Source: an uncultured Desulfarculus sp.
Lineage (GTDB): Bacteria > Desulfobacterota > Desulfarculia > Desulfarculales > Desulfarculaceae
Direction of reading: 5' to 3'
NCBI GenBank assembly: GCA_963665125.2
Contig: CAXXUK010000001.1
Coordinates: forward strand, 3,264,001-3,328,000
DNA length: 64,000 bases
Position numbers and translations under genes: made by a program. How positions within the stretch are numbered: the stretch's first letter is position 1; the number at the start of each line of letters is the position of its first letter. Under the pieces are notes generated by a model. It did not search any database and had not been told where the DNA came from. It saw only the letters and a program-made list of their open reading frames with translations. This document shows positions 29,938-40,433 of this stretch, piece after piece.

Positions 29938-31187
29938 TGAAGTTCCCCTGAAATTGTGGACACCTCGAAAAGCATGATATGAATTGCTTGGAGGTGTTGA
30001 ATGGGCAACAGACGCAGGAGTTATAGCCGGGAGTTCAAGATTGAAGCCGTGGGCTTGGTCACCGAGGGAAGTTTGAGCATTTCCCAGGCGGCCAGGGACC
30101 TTGGCATCAGCCAGACCGTGCTGGGCCGCTGGAAAAAGCAGTTCGAAGCAGGCCCTGAGCAGGCCTTCCCAGGCAAGGGCAATTTAAAGCCGCAAGATGA
30201 GGAGCTAGCCCATCTGAGACGCGAACTGGCCATTGTACGCCAGGAGCGTGACATATTAAAAAAAGCCATCGGCATCTTCTCGCGGATGCCAAAATGAAGT
30301 TTCAGTTCATCAGGGATCAGAGTGAAGGATTCCAGATCAGGCGTATGTGCCGGATTTTGGAGGTGTCAGCCAGCGGGTACTACGCTTGGCTGAACCGGCC
30401 GGAAAGCAGCCGGGCGCGAGAGAACCGGAGGCTCGTTGTCGAGATCAAGGCCATTCATAAAGAAAATCGTGGCGTGTACGGAAGCCCCCGGATACAGGCG
30501 GAACTCAAGGATCGTGAAATCCATGTGAGCGAGAACCGGGTGGCTCGATTAATGCGCGATAACGGCATCGCTGCCAAGCAGAAGAAAAAGTACAAGGCCA
30601 CCACGGATTCCAATCACGGCCACCTGGCGGCCCCCAATATCCTGGGGCGGGACTTTGAAGCGGACGGCCCTGATCAAAAATGGCTGGCTGATATAACCTA
30701 CATTCCTACTCGTGAAGGCTGGCTGTACCTGGCGGCCGTCCTGGATCTTTATTCCAAGCTGATCGTGGGCTGGTCCATGTCAAGCCGCATGACCAAAAAG
30801 CTGGTGCTCGATGCGCTGAACATGGCGGTGGACCGGCGGAAACCTGGGCCTGGGCTGATCCATCATTCAGATCAAGGACGTCAATATGCCAGCAAGGCCT
30901 ACCGCAAAAAGCTGAAGTCGCACCGCATGATATGCAGCATGAGCCGCAAGGGCGACTGCTGGGATAACGCGCCCATGGAAAGCTGGTTTCATTCCCTGAA
31001 AACCGAACTGGTGGCGCATAAAGATTATCTGAGCAGGACGCAGGCCAAGGCTGACATCTTTGAGTACATCGAAGTCTTCTACAACCGCAGCCGCAAACAC
31101 TCAGCTCTGGGGTACATGAACCCGGCTCAATATGAGATGATCAACATGGCTGCTTAACTACGTGTCCACAAAAATGGGGGAAGATCA
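29938..31187 (+). mobile_element. IS3-family element, copy 2 (1250 bp)
   Basis: Nearly identical to copy 1, with its own CCA target duplication. Confidence 0.95.
30001..31157 (+). CDS. IS3 transposase OrfA (30001-30297) / OrfB (30294-31157)
   Basis: Same motifs as copy 1. Confidence 0.95.
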
Positions 31188-31544
31188 CCATCCAACATCT
31201 TGATATTTGAAAGACCTCCCTTAATTGGACTATGGTATAGACCTAGCTTGCTTGGACGAATAACTATGGCAGGTATTAAAGCTGGCCTATTGTTCGTATG
31301 GTGCAGTTGAAGTCAGACGGACTTTGTGTGAAATATTGACTGCAATAGGTGATTATCCTATCATAACTGAAAATTCAAAATTGAATCTCCTGCCCTGACC
31401 AGCTAGAACGCAACATTGCGAAAGTACATGTCTTTGTTGATTTATCTCAGATTACTCAATGGCTACGGCCAAATCACTAGGCCCAAAAGTGTGAATGCCA
31501 AAGATTGCTGTATTTTCTGGAGTTAAATTTCAAGGGGGGATATC

Positions 31545-34500
31545 TTGGCCGAGCAAAAAAACGAAAATCAAATTTTCCTCACAGATTCCAACGAGCAGGC
31601 AAAGCAAACTACTGATTTGGTGGTGATCCGAGCACAAATCGGGACAAAAGTAAGCCTAGCTCAGCAGCAACACGACTTTCCTTTTCTTCATGAGCTTGTG
31701 GTCGAAAATTGCGGGGATGTGCCCCTTGAAGAAGTCTCTCTGGAGATTTCGGCTGACCCGGCTTTTATCACCGGTCGCAAATGGATACTGGCCAGTATCC
31801 CATCAGGGGAAAAGCTTCGAATTACCGATTTAGACGTGACTCTTTCCCGTCCTTATTTGGCTGGTCTAATAGAATCACAAAGGGCTTCCGTGACAATTGT
31901 GGCCACGAGCGATGGCCAGAATGCGGGCTCTTGGACGCAATCAGTTAGGATATTGACACCAGAAGAATGGGGAGGACTCAGTCACCTGCCAGACCTTACA
32001 GCCACGTTTTGTCGTCCTAATGATCCCGCTGTGGAACAGGTCCTAAAAAGAGCGGCTAAAGCCCTCACTTCAGCGAGTAGCGGCGGGATATTAAACGGTT
32101 ACCAAAGCCAAGACCGCAAACAAGTATGGCGCCAAGTCTCCGCGATATATTCTGCCATGTGCTCTCTCGGATTAGATTACGTTTCGCCTCCTGCCAGTTT
32201 CGAGCAGGAAGGTCAGCGTATCCGGTCGCCTCATCGAATTGTGGAAAGAGGCCTGGGTACCTGCCTGGATCTGGCACTCTTCATGACTGCCTGCCTTGAG
32301 CAATGCGGGCTTAACCCGCTGTTGATTCTCATCAAAGGACATGCCTTCGTTGGCTGTTGGCTGGTGGAAACGGATTTTTCTTCCACGGTCATCGACGACT
32401 GTCAAAGTGTTCGTAAACGACAACAACTGGGAGAGATGGTGCTGCTGGAGGCCACAGCCGTCACTCACAGGCCGTGCCCGTCTTTCTCAACTGCGTCCGA
32501 GCAGGGAAATAGGCACCTGGAAGAAGATGAGAAATTTGAGTGTGCGCTGGACATCAGCCGGGCACGCATGAACCACATCCGTCCGCTCATGGACCAAGAA
32601 AATGTGTTACAGGAAGAGCCTCAACTCGAGGCTATGGAAAACAGCCTGCCCGTTGTAGAGGACGCACCGGATTTGCCGGACATCGATTACGTGCCTGAGG
32701 GCAAGGAGCATAAGCCGGACACACCCGACAGTCGTGTGGAACAGTGGAAGCGAAAACTACTGGATCTTACCCTACGCAACCGCCTGCTCAACTTTAAGCC
32801 CACTAAAAAATCCGTGCCTATTTTTTGCCCGGACCCGGCAAGGCTGGAGGACCTGCTCGCAGACGGGGCCAAGCTCAAATTCACTCCTTTACCTGAGATT
32901 ATGGAAGGCGGAGATCCTCGAAAAAAAGAGCTACATCAGGCCCGCCATGGTACTGACCCCAAAAAACAGTTTGCTCTGATGGCTCTTGAAAGAAAAGAGT
33001 TACTGGCGGACCTCTCCAGCCGAGATATGGACGACCGATTGGTTGGCCTGTACCGCTTGGCTCGCCGAGAGATGGAGGAAGGCGGGGCCAATACCTTGTT
33101 TTTGGCTTTGGGTTTTTTAAATTGGACCCAAGACGGCAACTCAACGCGGGTGTTAAAAGCTCCTCTAATTCTGTTGCCCTTGCAGTTGGAACGCAGCAGC
33201 GTGAGAGCCGGGTTCAAGCTTCTGTTGCATGACGACGACCCCTGCCTTAATCCCACTCTGCTGGAGATGCTGCGCAAGGATTTTCAGCTCAGTATGCCTA
33301 CCCTTGAAGGAGAGCTGCCCTTAGATGAATCCGGGCTTGATGTTCATTTAATCTGGCAAACTGTACGCAGGTACATCCGGGACATGAAAGGCTGGGAGGT
33401 AACAGAAGAAGTCTACCTAGGCACCTTTTCCTTTACTAAGTACCTTATGTGGAAAGACCTTCAGGACCGCATCAGTCAGCTAAAGCAAAACGCGGTGGTC
33501 CGTCATTTGATCGAAAGCCCGCGAGAATACTATCCTGAAAACGGCGAATTCCCAGACTGCCGAAAGCTGGACGACGAATACCCACCGGAAAAAGTGTTCT
33601 GTCCCTTGTCAGCCGATTCGTCACAACTTGCTGCGGTGATGGCATCCGCTCAGGGCAAGGACTTCGTAGTAGTGGGTCCACCTGGCACAGGCAAATCCCA
33701 AACAATTACCAACATGATTGTGCAGTGCCTGGTCGAAGGCAAAAAGGTTCTGTTCGTATCAGAGAAGATGGCTGCATTGGATGTAGTCTACCGCAGGCTG
33801 CGTGACGTGGGCGTGGGTGCTTATTGCCTTGAGATGCACTCATCCAAAGCACGCAAGTTGGATGTTCTCCGGCAACTTGAAGCGGCTTGGAATTCCCGCG
33901 AGGCCTTTGATGACAGAATTTGGCAGGATAAAGCAGCCCAACTATCCCAGCTCAGGAAGCGACTTAACCTGTTGCCTAAGCGGCTGCACAAGCCATACCC
34001 CAATGGTTACACGCCCTACAAAGCGATGGGTGTGCTCATCGCCAACTTGCAGGAGCCCCATCTTGGGTTCACCTGGGGCAGTCCCAATACTCATGACCAG
34101 GACGCTATACGCCAACTTCGTGATGTTGTATCACGCCTCGGAATCAACGCCGCTGAAGTAGGTAGTCTTTCCAGACATCCTTTGCGGAGCATTTGGAAGG
34201 AAGAGTGGTCGCCTGTCTGGCAGGAAGACCTCTTGAGCTGCGCACGAGAGTTGCGCATTGCTGCTAAGGGGTTGAGCGAATCGCTGCAAAGTTTTCTGGG
34301 CTCTCTGGGGCTGGATGTCTCGATAAATAATGACGAACGGATTAAGGCCCTTTGCGCTTTGGCGGAATTGCTTCCCCAAGCTGCAGACAAGAATTGGTCC
34401 TTCGCTTTTTCGACACAGGCCAGGGAACTCGCGCAACAGCTTGAGCAAATCATCTTTTGCGGCCGAAAAATTGAACAGCTGCGTACTGAGTTGTCAGTGG

Positions 34501-37500
34501 AGTACGGGCCAGATTCCACCTCTTTGGATTTAGACACCCTACAGACCCAGTGGCAGGAGGCATCCAAGGCTTGGTGGCCCAAGTCATATTTTGGTCGCCG
34601 CGCAGTGGCAAAATGCCTGCGGGACCATACACCAGATAAAAAGCCGCCTGAACAAAGAGCAATACCAGCCGACCTGGATACTCTCCAAAAGATAAAAGCC
34701 GAGGAACTGGCCATAGAGAGTATGGCCGAGGCAGGAAAACTGCTAGGGCCAGACTGGCAGGGTCTTCAGACTAATTGGGCAGATATGGACGCGGCGGTAA
34801 AATTCGCTGGCGATGTTTTCCCATTATTAAGCCGTTTGTGTGGTTCAGATCTTGATCGGCGTGCGGCCGTTCGCAGTCAACTGGAGCGGCTCCTCGTCGA
34901 GGGCAAGGACCTTTTGTCCGAAGGCGGTTCCGTTCGCCGCCAGGGAGAGCGGCTTGCCCTAGCCTTCGATGAATTCAGCAACAAACTCGTGGACACCTGG
35001 CGCTGCGCCGCTGCAAGTGGTGAAGATGCTCTGGCCGATCCATCTTCCGAACAATGGCTGCAGTCCTTGGACGTTGCCATGGAAGGCTGGTTGGCCAATC
35101 CCACCAAGTTGCGGGCTTGGTGCGGCTGGCGCAAGGTGCGGCAGCAGGCAATTTCGCTGGGTCTGGAGCACTTGGTCATGGCCCTCGAGCGAGGCGAGAT
35201 CGAACCTGATCGCACGGAAAAAGTCTTTGAAGTGAGCTACTGCAACTGGTGGCTTGGCCAAGTTGTGGACGGCGATGATGTATTGAAGGCATTCCGCAGT
35301 GCTGAACATGAGCGCTACATTAGCAATTTCCAGGAATTGGATAAAAACATCCTCACCATCACATCCAAGTTTGCCAAGGCGCGCATCAGCGGGTCCATCC
35401 CAAGCCAGGGCGATTTCGCCAATAAAAGCAACACGGAATGGGGTGTGCTTAAGCGCGAAATGACCAAGAAACGTCGTCACATGCCACTGCGCAAACTGGT
35501 CGATAGCCTGCCCAACGCACTGACCAAGCTGACGCCTTGCCTGCTGATGAGTCCACTCTCTGTGGCTCAATACCTGAGCCCGGACACCGCTTTGTTCGAT
35601 GTGGTCATCTTTGACGAAGCCTCGCAGATTCCTGTTTGGGACGCCATCGGTGCCTTGGCCCGTGGGCGACAGGCCATCGTGGTTGGTGACCCTAAGCAGC
35701 TTCCACCCACCAGTTTTTTCAACCGTGGTGGTGAAGAGGAAGAACAGCATGAGGAGGAGGTCGAGGATCTAGAGAGCATTTTGGACGAGTGCCAGGGCGC
35801 AAACCTGCCCAATCTTTACTTGCGATGGCATTACCGCAGCCGCCATGAGAGCCTTATTGCTTTCTCAAATATGCAGTATTATCGGGGAGAATTAATCACT
35901 TTCCCTTCAGCGATCACCCAAGACAAGGCCGTTGATTATTTCAATGTGCCTGACGGCGTTTATGAGAGGGGCAAAGGCAGAGTCAATCGCGAAGAAGCAC
36001 GGGCGGTGGTTGATGCCGCGCTGGGATGGCTCAAGAATCCGGAGTTTGTTCGCGAAGGCTGGAGTCTGGGAGTGGTGACCTTTAATCAGCAGCAACAGAT
36101 GCTCATCGAAGACATGCTGGATTCGGCAAGACGTGAGGACCCGGAACTGGAGGGGCATTTCGCGGCTGATCGGATCGAGCCGGTTTTCGTGAAAAACTTG
36201 GAAAACGTGCAGGGCGACGAACGGGACATCATCCTATTTTCCATAACGTATGGTCCGGATGCCTCCGGCAGGCCAAATATGAACTTCGGCCCTCTTAACA
36301 AACAAGGAGGCGAACGACGCCTCAACGTTGCTATCACCAGGGCACGCCGAGCTCTACAGGTCTTCGGCACCCTCCAAGCAAGCCATATCGACCTGTCTAG
36401 GACCAAGGCCGAAGGGGTAAGAGACTTCAAGCATTTTCTCGAGTTTGCCGAACTGGGGCCTCGTGCCTTGGCACAAATGGCCGACCTTACTCATGGCGAC
36501 TATGAGTCACCATTTGAGCAGGAAGTGGCTGATGAACTGAAGAAACGTGGGTGGGAGGTTCATCCGCAAGTGGGTGTGTCCGGTTTTAGGATTGACCTAG
36601 GAGTGGTGCACCCCGATGCTCCGGGACGTTATCTGGTGGGCGTGGAGTGCGACGGGGCCACCTACCATCGCTCGGCTACAGCCAGAGATCGAGACCGGTT
36701 GCGCGAGTCGGTGTTGCGGGGCCTAGGGTGGAACATTGTTAGAGTTTGGTCTACCGACTGGTGGGTGGACCGTGCCAGCTCTGCCGAAAAATTAGAAAAG
36801 CAAATAAAAGCAATTTTTGAAATAGATAAACGTTGTCAGGACGAGAAGCCGTCGGAGCCTCAAGGCCAGCCCACGCCTAACGTTGCCGAATCAATAAAAC
36901 ATCAAGAGGCAACTTCACCCAACAAGTCACATAACAGCATTAGCGTTCCCCCAAGTCTGTCAGCAAACTTGCGGCCACAACCCTATGCCACGGCCGCAAC
37001 CCATTCACCCAAGGAACCGCCTTCGCTTGACGACCAGCGGAAGGTTTACCGCATAACAGATCTGTTGGGGGTTTCGTCGTCTAGAGGTGTTAACCGGAAA
37101 CTACAACCCGATGACTTTTACCAGGCTTCCCACAAGGCCATAATAAAAGGCATGCTGAATGAGGTCGTGACCAAGGAGGGGCCGATACCGTTCAAGGTAG
37201 TGACCGAGCGAGTGGCCCGCGCCTATGGCTTGAAACGGGTCGGCAACAAAATTGAAGAGCGGATTCGCAGGTTAGCACTTGGTGACTTCAAAAGGACCTC
37301 CGAAAAAGGTCACATATTTCTTTGGCCTCCCAATTGCGCTCCTGACAGTTGGACAGGGTTTCGGGTAAACCCGGACGGTCAGAAGCCTTTGCGCCCGGCT
37401 GAAATGATCTGCACCAGGGAAATTAGAAACCTGGCAACTTATGTGCAAGAAGTTGACTGCCCCTTGGATGAACAGGGCTTATTAAAAGGAATGGCTGACC

Positions 37501-37562
37501 GCCTCGGATACAAGGCCCTAACTCAAAAGCTTGAACAAACCCTGCGGGCAGCTCTGAAGTAG
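31545..37562 (+). CDS. DUF4011 - SF1 (Upf1-like) helicase - Vsr-like nuclease - DUF3320 protein (Hhe-like anti-phage protein)
   Basis: WKRKLLDLTLRNRLLN (DUF4011); GPPGTGKS, FDEASQ, GDPKQL, HYRS, QGDERD and RRLNVAITRAR; SPFE..RIDL..ECDGATYH nuclease. N-terminal GTCLD..GHAF is transglutaminase-like. Confidence 0.9.
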   Translation: MAEQKNENQIFLTDSNEQAKQTTDLVVIRAQIGTKVSLAQQQHDFPFLHELVVENCGDVPLEEVSLEISADPAFITGRKWILASIPSGEKLRITDLDVTLSRPYLAGLIESQRASVTIVATSDGQNAGSWTQSVRILTPEEWGGLSHLPDLTATFCRPNDPAVEQVLKRAAKALTSASSGGILNGYQSQDRKQVWRQVSAIYSAMCSLGLDYVSPPASFEQEGQRIRSPHRIVERGLGTCLDLALFMTACLEQCGLNPLLILIKGHAFVGCWLVETDFSSTVIDDCQSVRKRQQLGEMVLLEATAVTHRPCPSFSTASEQGNRHLEEDEKFECALDISRARMNHIRPLMDQENVLQEEPQLEAMENSLPVVEDAPDLPDIDYVPEGKEHKPDTPDSRVEQWKRKLLDLTLRNRLLNFKPTKKSVPIFCPDPARLEDLLADGAKLKFTPLPEIMEGGDPRKKELHQARHGTDPKKQFALMALERKELLADLSSRDMDDRLVGLYRLARREMEEGGANTLFLALGFLNWTQDGNSTRVLKAPLILLPLQLERSSVRAGFKLLLHDDDPCLNPTLLEMLRKDFQLSMPTLEGELPLDESGLDVHLIWQTVRRYIRDMKGWEVTEEVYLGTFSFTKYLMWKDLQDRISQLKQNAVVRHLIESPREYYPENGEFPDCRKLDDEYPPEKVFCPLSADSSQLAAVMASAQGKDFVVVGPPGTGKSQTITNMIVQCLVEGKKVLFVSEKMAALDVVYRRLRDVGVGAYCLEMHSSKARKLDVLRQLEAAWNSREAFDDRIWQDKAAQLSQLRKRLNLLPKRLHKPYPNGYTPYKAMGVLIANLQEPHLGFTWGSPNTHDQDAIRQLRDVVSRLGINAAEVGSLSRHPLRSIWKEEWSPVWQEDLLSCARELRIAAKGLSESLQSFLGSLGLDVSINNDERIKALCALAELLPQAADKNWSFAFSTQARELAQQLEQIIFCGRKIEQLRTELSVEYGPDSTSLDLDTLQTQWQEASKAWWPKSYFGRRAVAKCLRDHTPDKKPPEQRAIPADLDTLQKIKAEELAIESMAEAGKLLGPDWQGLQTNWADMDAAVKFAGDVFPLLSRLCGSDLDRRAAVRSQLERLLVEGKDLLSEGGSVRRQGERLALAFDEFSNKLVDTWRCAAASGEDALADPSSEQWLQSLDVAMEGWLANPTKLRAWCGWRKVRQQAISLGLEHLVMALERGEIEPDRTEKVFEVSYCNWWLGQVVDGDDVLKAFRSAEHERYISNFQELDKNILTITSKFAKARISGSIPSQGDFANKSNTEWGVLKREMTKKRRHMPLRKLVDSLPNALTKLTPCLLMSPLSVAQYLSPDTALFDVVIFDEASQIPVWDAIGALARGRQAIVVGDPKQLPPTSFFNRGGEEEEQHEEEVEDLESILDECQGANLPNLYLRWHYRSRHESLIAFSNMQYYRGELITFPSAITQDKAVDYFNVPDGVYERGKGRVNREEARAVVDAALGWLKNPEFVREGWSLGVVTFNQQQQMLIEDMLDSARREDPELEGHFAADRIEPVFVKNLENVQGDERDIILFSITYGPDASGRPNMNFGPLNKQGGERRLNVAITRARRALQVFGTLQASHIDLSRTKAEGVRDFKHFLEFAELGPRALAQMADLTHGDYESPFEQEVADELKKRGWEVHPQVGVSGFRIDLGVVHPDAPGRYLVGVECDGATYHRSATARDRDRLRESVLRGLGWNIVRVWSTDWWVDRASSAEKLEKQIKAIFEIDKRCQDEKPSEPQGQPTPNVAESIKHQEATSPNKSHNSISVPPSLSANLRPQPYATAATHSPKEPPSLDDQRKVYRITDLLGVSSSRGVNRKLQPDDFYQASHKAIIKGMLNEVVTKEGPIPFKVVTERVARAYGLKRVGNKIEERIRRLALGDFKRTSEKGHIFLWPPNCAPDSWTGFRVNPDGQKPLRPAEMICTREIRNLATYVQEVDCPLDEQGLLKGMADRLGYKALTQKLEQTLRAALK

Positions 37563-37750
37563 GCGTAAAACGTATAGTCAAATGTAAAGTTGACCTTAAT
37601 AGCGTTTACAAACTAACTTATGGATCACATCAGCTGGGGGAACATATCGAATTTTTTAAGACAGCTTTTCACCTGATCAAAAAAATAACTAATACATGCG
37701 TTGGATATGCTTTGCGTTTAGGGGGCTGAGATGGGGGGTGCGGGGGTGAG

Positions 37751-39316
37751 ATGGCGCTAAACCAGGTTGGGGCGAGGACCGAAGGCGACGTCTACCAAGG
37801 GCTGTTCTTTTGGCGCCAGGCTGCGGATCTTCTCAGGCCTGGTTCAATGGTAGCCAAGGTTGTCCTTGAACACGACGAGGCTTGTAGTGTTGATGATGTA
37901 GCCGTCTTCTATAGAGATCCTGGTGTTAATGCCGGTGGATGGATGGCAACAGCTGACTACTATCAGCTGAAGTACCACGTCGATAACCGCAATAGTTACA
38001 CTTCTGATGCCATAATTGACCCATCATTCATCAATGCCAACACATCGCTTTTACAAAGATTTCATGTTTCATACAACAAGCTAGTACAGGAGCAGGGCGG
38101 ATTCCGGCTGCATTTAGCTTCCAATTGGCGCTGGAAGGACGACGACAAGCTCGCGGCTCTAATACGCGAGTACGACGGAAAGCTGCCTAGCCAGTTTTTT
38201 GAGGCTGGACCTCGTGCGGGCCTAGGGAAGATTCGCGAGGAGTGGCAATCACACTTAGAACTCGATTCGGATGCTTTCGAGAGATTTGCACGGACGTTAC
38301 GTTTCCAGCTCGACCACTTTGGTCGTCGAGAATTCAAAGCCTACGTCTACGCTACGCTTGAGGCCGCAGGTCTTCGGATTCCAAGCGCCGATCATGCGGC
38401 TTGCCCCTACGAGAGCTTAATTCAGCAGTTCCTGATGAACGGCCCTAATTCGTTCACTCCTGAGACGTTCCGAGATCTATGTATGCGAGAGGGGCTACTT
38501 TTCGAGGCTGTGCCGAGTCGCCCCAAACCGATCTCCATAGGGGTAAGGAGCTATATACGTTTTGCCGAGAGGCTGGAATCACAGGTAGACGCAATCGTAT
38601 GTACGAGCAAGCAGTTCGAGGGGCGACACCCGATAGCAATTGAGTCGTGGCAAACTAGTTCATTACAAGTGTTAGATTTTTTCAGTGACCCAGACCGTCG
38701 TGCGCAACTACGCACTGAAGAATCCGAGATTATGCTTGAGTGTCACGGCTCTCTCGCACTGCTAACTGGCTGGGAACTAAGTCGAAACTCTGGCGCCCAG
38801 GCTGCTCCTATTCAAAAGCCGAACATGGAAGTATGGCGACCAACTGGAACCGCAACATCCTGTAGAAAATGGCAAGTAGAACGTTTCCCAAGAAAGGACG
38901 ATGTTGATGACGTGGCAGTATGTCTGTCGGTTACCCGCAATATTTATGCCGACGTAAATGAGTACCTCTCATCGAATGGAGCCCCGCCGGTTTGCCAAAT
39001 TGTTCAATTGACACCAGAAGGGGGGGCATCGGCGCAAAGTATCCATGGATCTGATCATGCCTATCAACTGGCATGCGACCTGCCCGACATACTTGCGAGC
39101 GTACGCCGAAACCGAAGTGTGCAAGCCCACATTTTTTTTGCCTGCCCGAATGCACTAATGTTTTTCATAGGCCAACAACGTGAAGCGCTCGGCAGGCTGG
39201 CGCTGTACGAGTTCGATTTCGGCATGGAGCGACACGGATCATATCAACATTCTTTTTCGCTTCCTATTACTGCCAGTCCTAATGACTCGGCAAATGAGGT
39301 GTGTAATGATTCTTGA
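37751..39316 (+). CDS. CBASS effector: endonuclease + SAVED domain (Cap4-like)
   Basis: N-terminal GDVYQ..VDDV..YQLK restriction-like fold. C-terminal SAVED (HIFFACPNALMFFIGQ..LYEF). First gene of the CBASS operon. Confidence 0.85.
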   Translation: MALNQVGARTEGDVYQGLFFWRQAADLLRPGSMVAKVVLEHDEACSVDDVAVFYRDPGVNAGGWMATADYYQLKYHVDNRNSYTSDAIIDPSFINANTSLLQRFHVSYNKLVQEQGGFRLHLASNWRWKDDDKLAALIREYDGKLPSQFFEAGPRAGLGKIREEWQSHLELDSDAFERFARTLRFQLDHFGRREFKAYVYATLEAAGLRIPSADHAACPYESLIQQFLMNGPNSFTPETFRDLCMREGLLFEAVPSRPKPISIGVRSYIRFAERLESQVDAIVCTSKQFEGRHPIAIESWQTSSLQVLDFFSDPDRRAQLRTEESEIMLECHGSLALLTGWELSRNSGAQAAPIQKPNMEVWRPTGTATSCRKWQVERFPRKDDVDDVAVCLSVTRNIYADVNEYLSSNGAPPVCQIVQLTPEGGASAQSIHGSDHAYQLACDLPDILASVRRNRSVQAHIFFACPNALMFFIGQQREALGRLALYEFDFGMERHGSYQHSFSLPITASPNDSANEVCNDS

Positions 39317-40433
39317 TTCTGACTTCAAAACATTTCTATCGGAAATTCGTCCGACAAGTGCGATGAAAAACGAGCTAAGCAGCGGGCATAAGACCCTGCG
39401 TGACCGCCTTAATGCAGACGATGATCTTAAACCAATCTTGGTCAGCGATTTTCTACAAGGTAGCTACCGCCGTTATACTGCTGTTCGGCCCAAGGGCGAC
39501 AAACGATCGGATGTCGACATTATCGTCGTTACCAAGCTCGACGAAGGCCAATACACACCGAAGCAAGCAATGGACCTCTTCGTGCCGTTCTTAGAAACGC
39601 ACTGTAAAGGAAAGTGGCGCACACAAGGCCGATCCTTTGGTATTGAGATGAGCAAAGTTGATCTTGATGTGGTTGTGACGTCAGCTCCTTCAGAAACTGA
39701 ATATGGAATCTTGCAGTCCGAAGCCGTCACCTCTGATTACGATATCGTTGAGGCTCGAGACTGGCGTTTGCACAGATCCTGGCTTGCGCTGAATAACCGA
39801 GGGCAAGCCAATGCGATGCAGCTTCTCTCTGAAGCAGCTGGCGAGGCAGAGTGGCGAGCCAAACCCCTTCGGATACCAGACCGCGATGCAAACGAGTGGA
39901 ATGATACGCACCCACTTGAGCAAATTCGCAGGACTCGCGATAAAAACTCACAATGTAATGGACACTTTGTGAACGTTGTAAAATGCATTAAATGGTGGCG
40001 ACTTGAACATTATGCCGAACCTACCCATCCGAAAGGCTTCCCGCTTGAGCGGTTAATTGGGGAGCATTGCCCCGACGGCATTACGTCCGTGGCTGAGGGG
40101 GTGGTAAACACTCTCGAAGCGATCGTTGTTAGTTATGAGGTACTCTCGCTTATTGGTGGGAAGCCTGTCCTCCCTGACTATGGTGTGCCTGACCATGATG
40201 TTTTTCATCGTATAACAGTCGATGATTTCAGTAAATTTTATGATCAAGTCAAGGAGGGTGCTGACCTGTCTCGACGAGCTTTCGACTCTAACGACCGTAC
40301 CGAAAGCGGGAAACTTTGGCGCCAGATGTTTGGCTCTAAGTTCCCAGAGCCGCCGAGTAGTGGTTCATCTAACAAGGCTGGCTACACCTCTCCCGCTGGT
40401 CCTGCCGTGCCCGGCGCAGGCCGGTTTGCATAG
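39306..40433 (+). CDS. CBASS cGAS/DncV-like nucleotidyltransferase (CD-NTase)
   Basis: QGSYRRYT..SDVDI catalytic motif and flexible C-tail ending GRFA. ATG at 39306 overlaps the effector's end. Confidence 0.93.
   Translation: MILDSDFKTFLSEIRPTSAMKNELSSGHKTLRDRLNADDDLKPILVSDFLQGSYRRYTAVRPKGDKRSDVDIIVVTKLDEGQYTPKQAMDLFVPFLETHCKGKWRTQGRSFGIEMSKVDLDVVVTSAPSETEYGILQSEAVTSDYDIVEARDWRLHRSWLALNNRGQANAMQLLSEAAGEAEWRAKPLRIPDRDANEWNDTHPLEQIRRTRDKNSQCNGHFVNVVKCIKWWRLEHYAEPTHPKGFPLERLIGEHCPDGITSVAEGVVNTLEAIVVSYEVLSLIGGKPVLPDYGVPDHDVFHRITVDDFSKFYDQVKEGADLSRRAFDSNDRTESGKLWRQMFGSKFPEPPSSGSSNKAGYTSPAGPAVPGAGRFA

Noticed and set aside
28498..31187. Composite transposon formed by the two IS3 copies
   Set aside because: Each copy has its own different target duplication.
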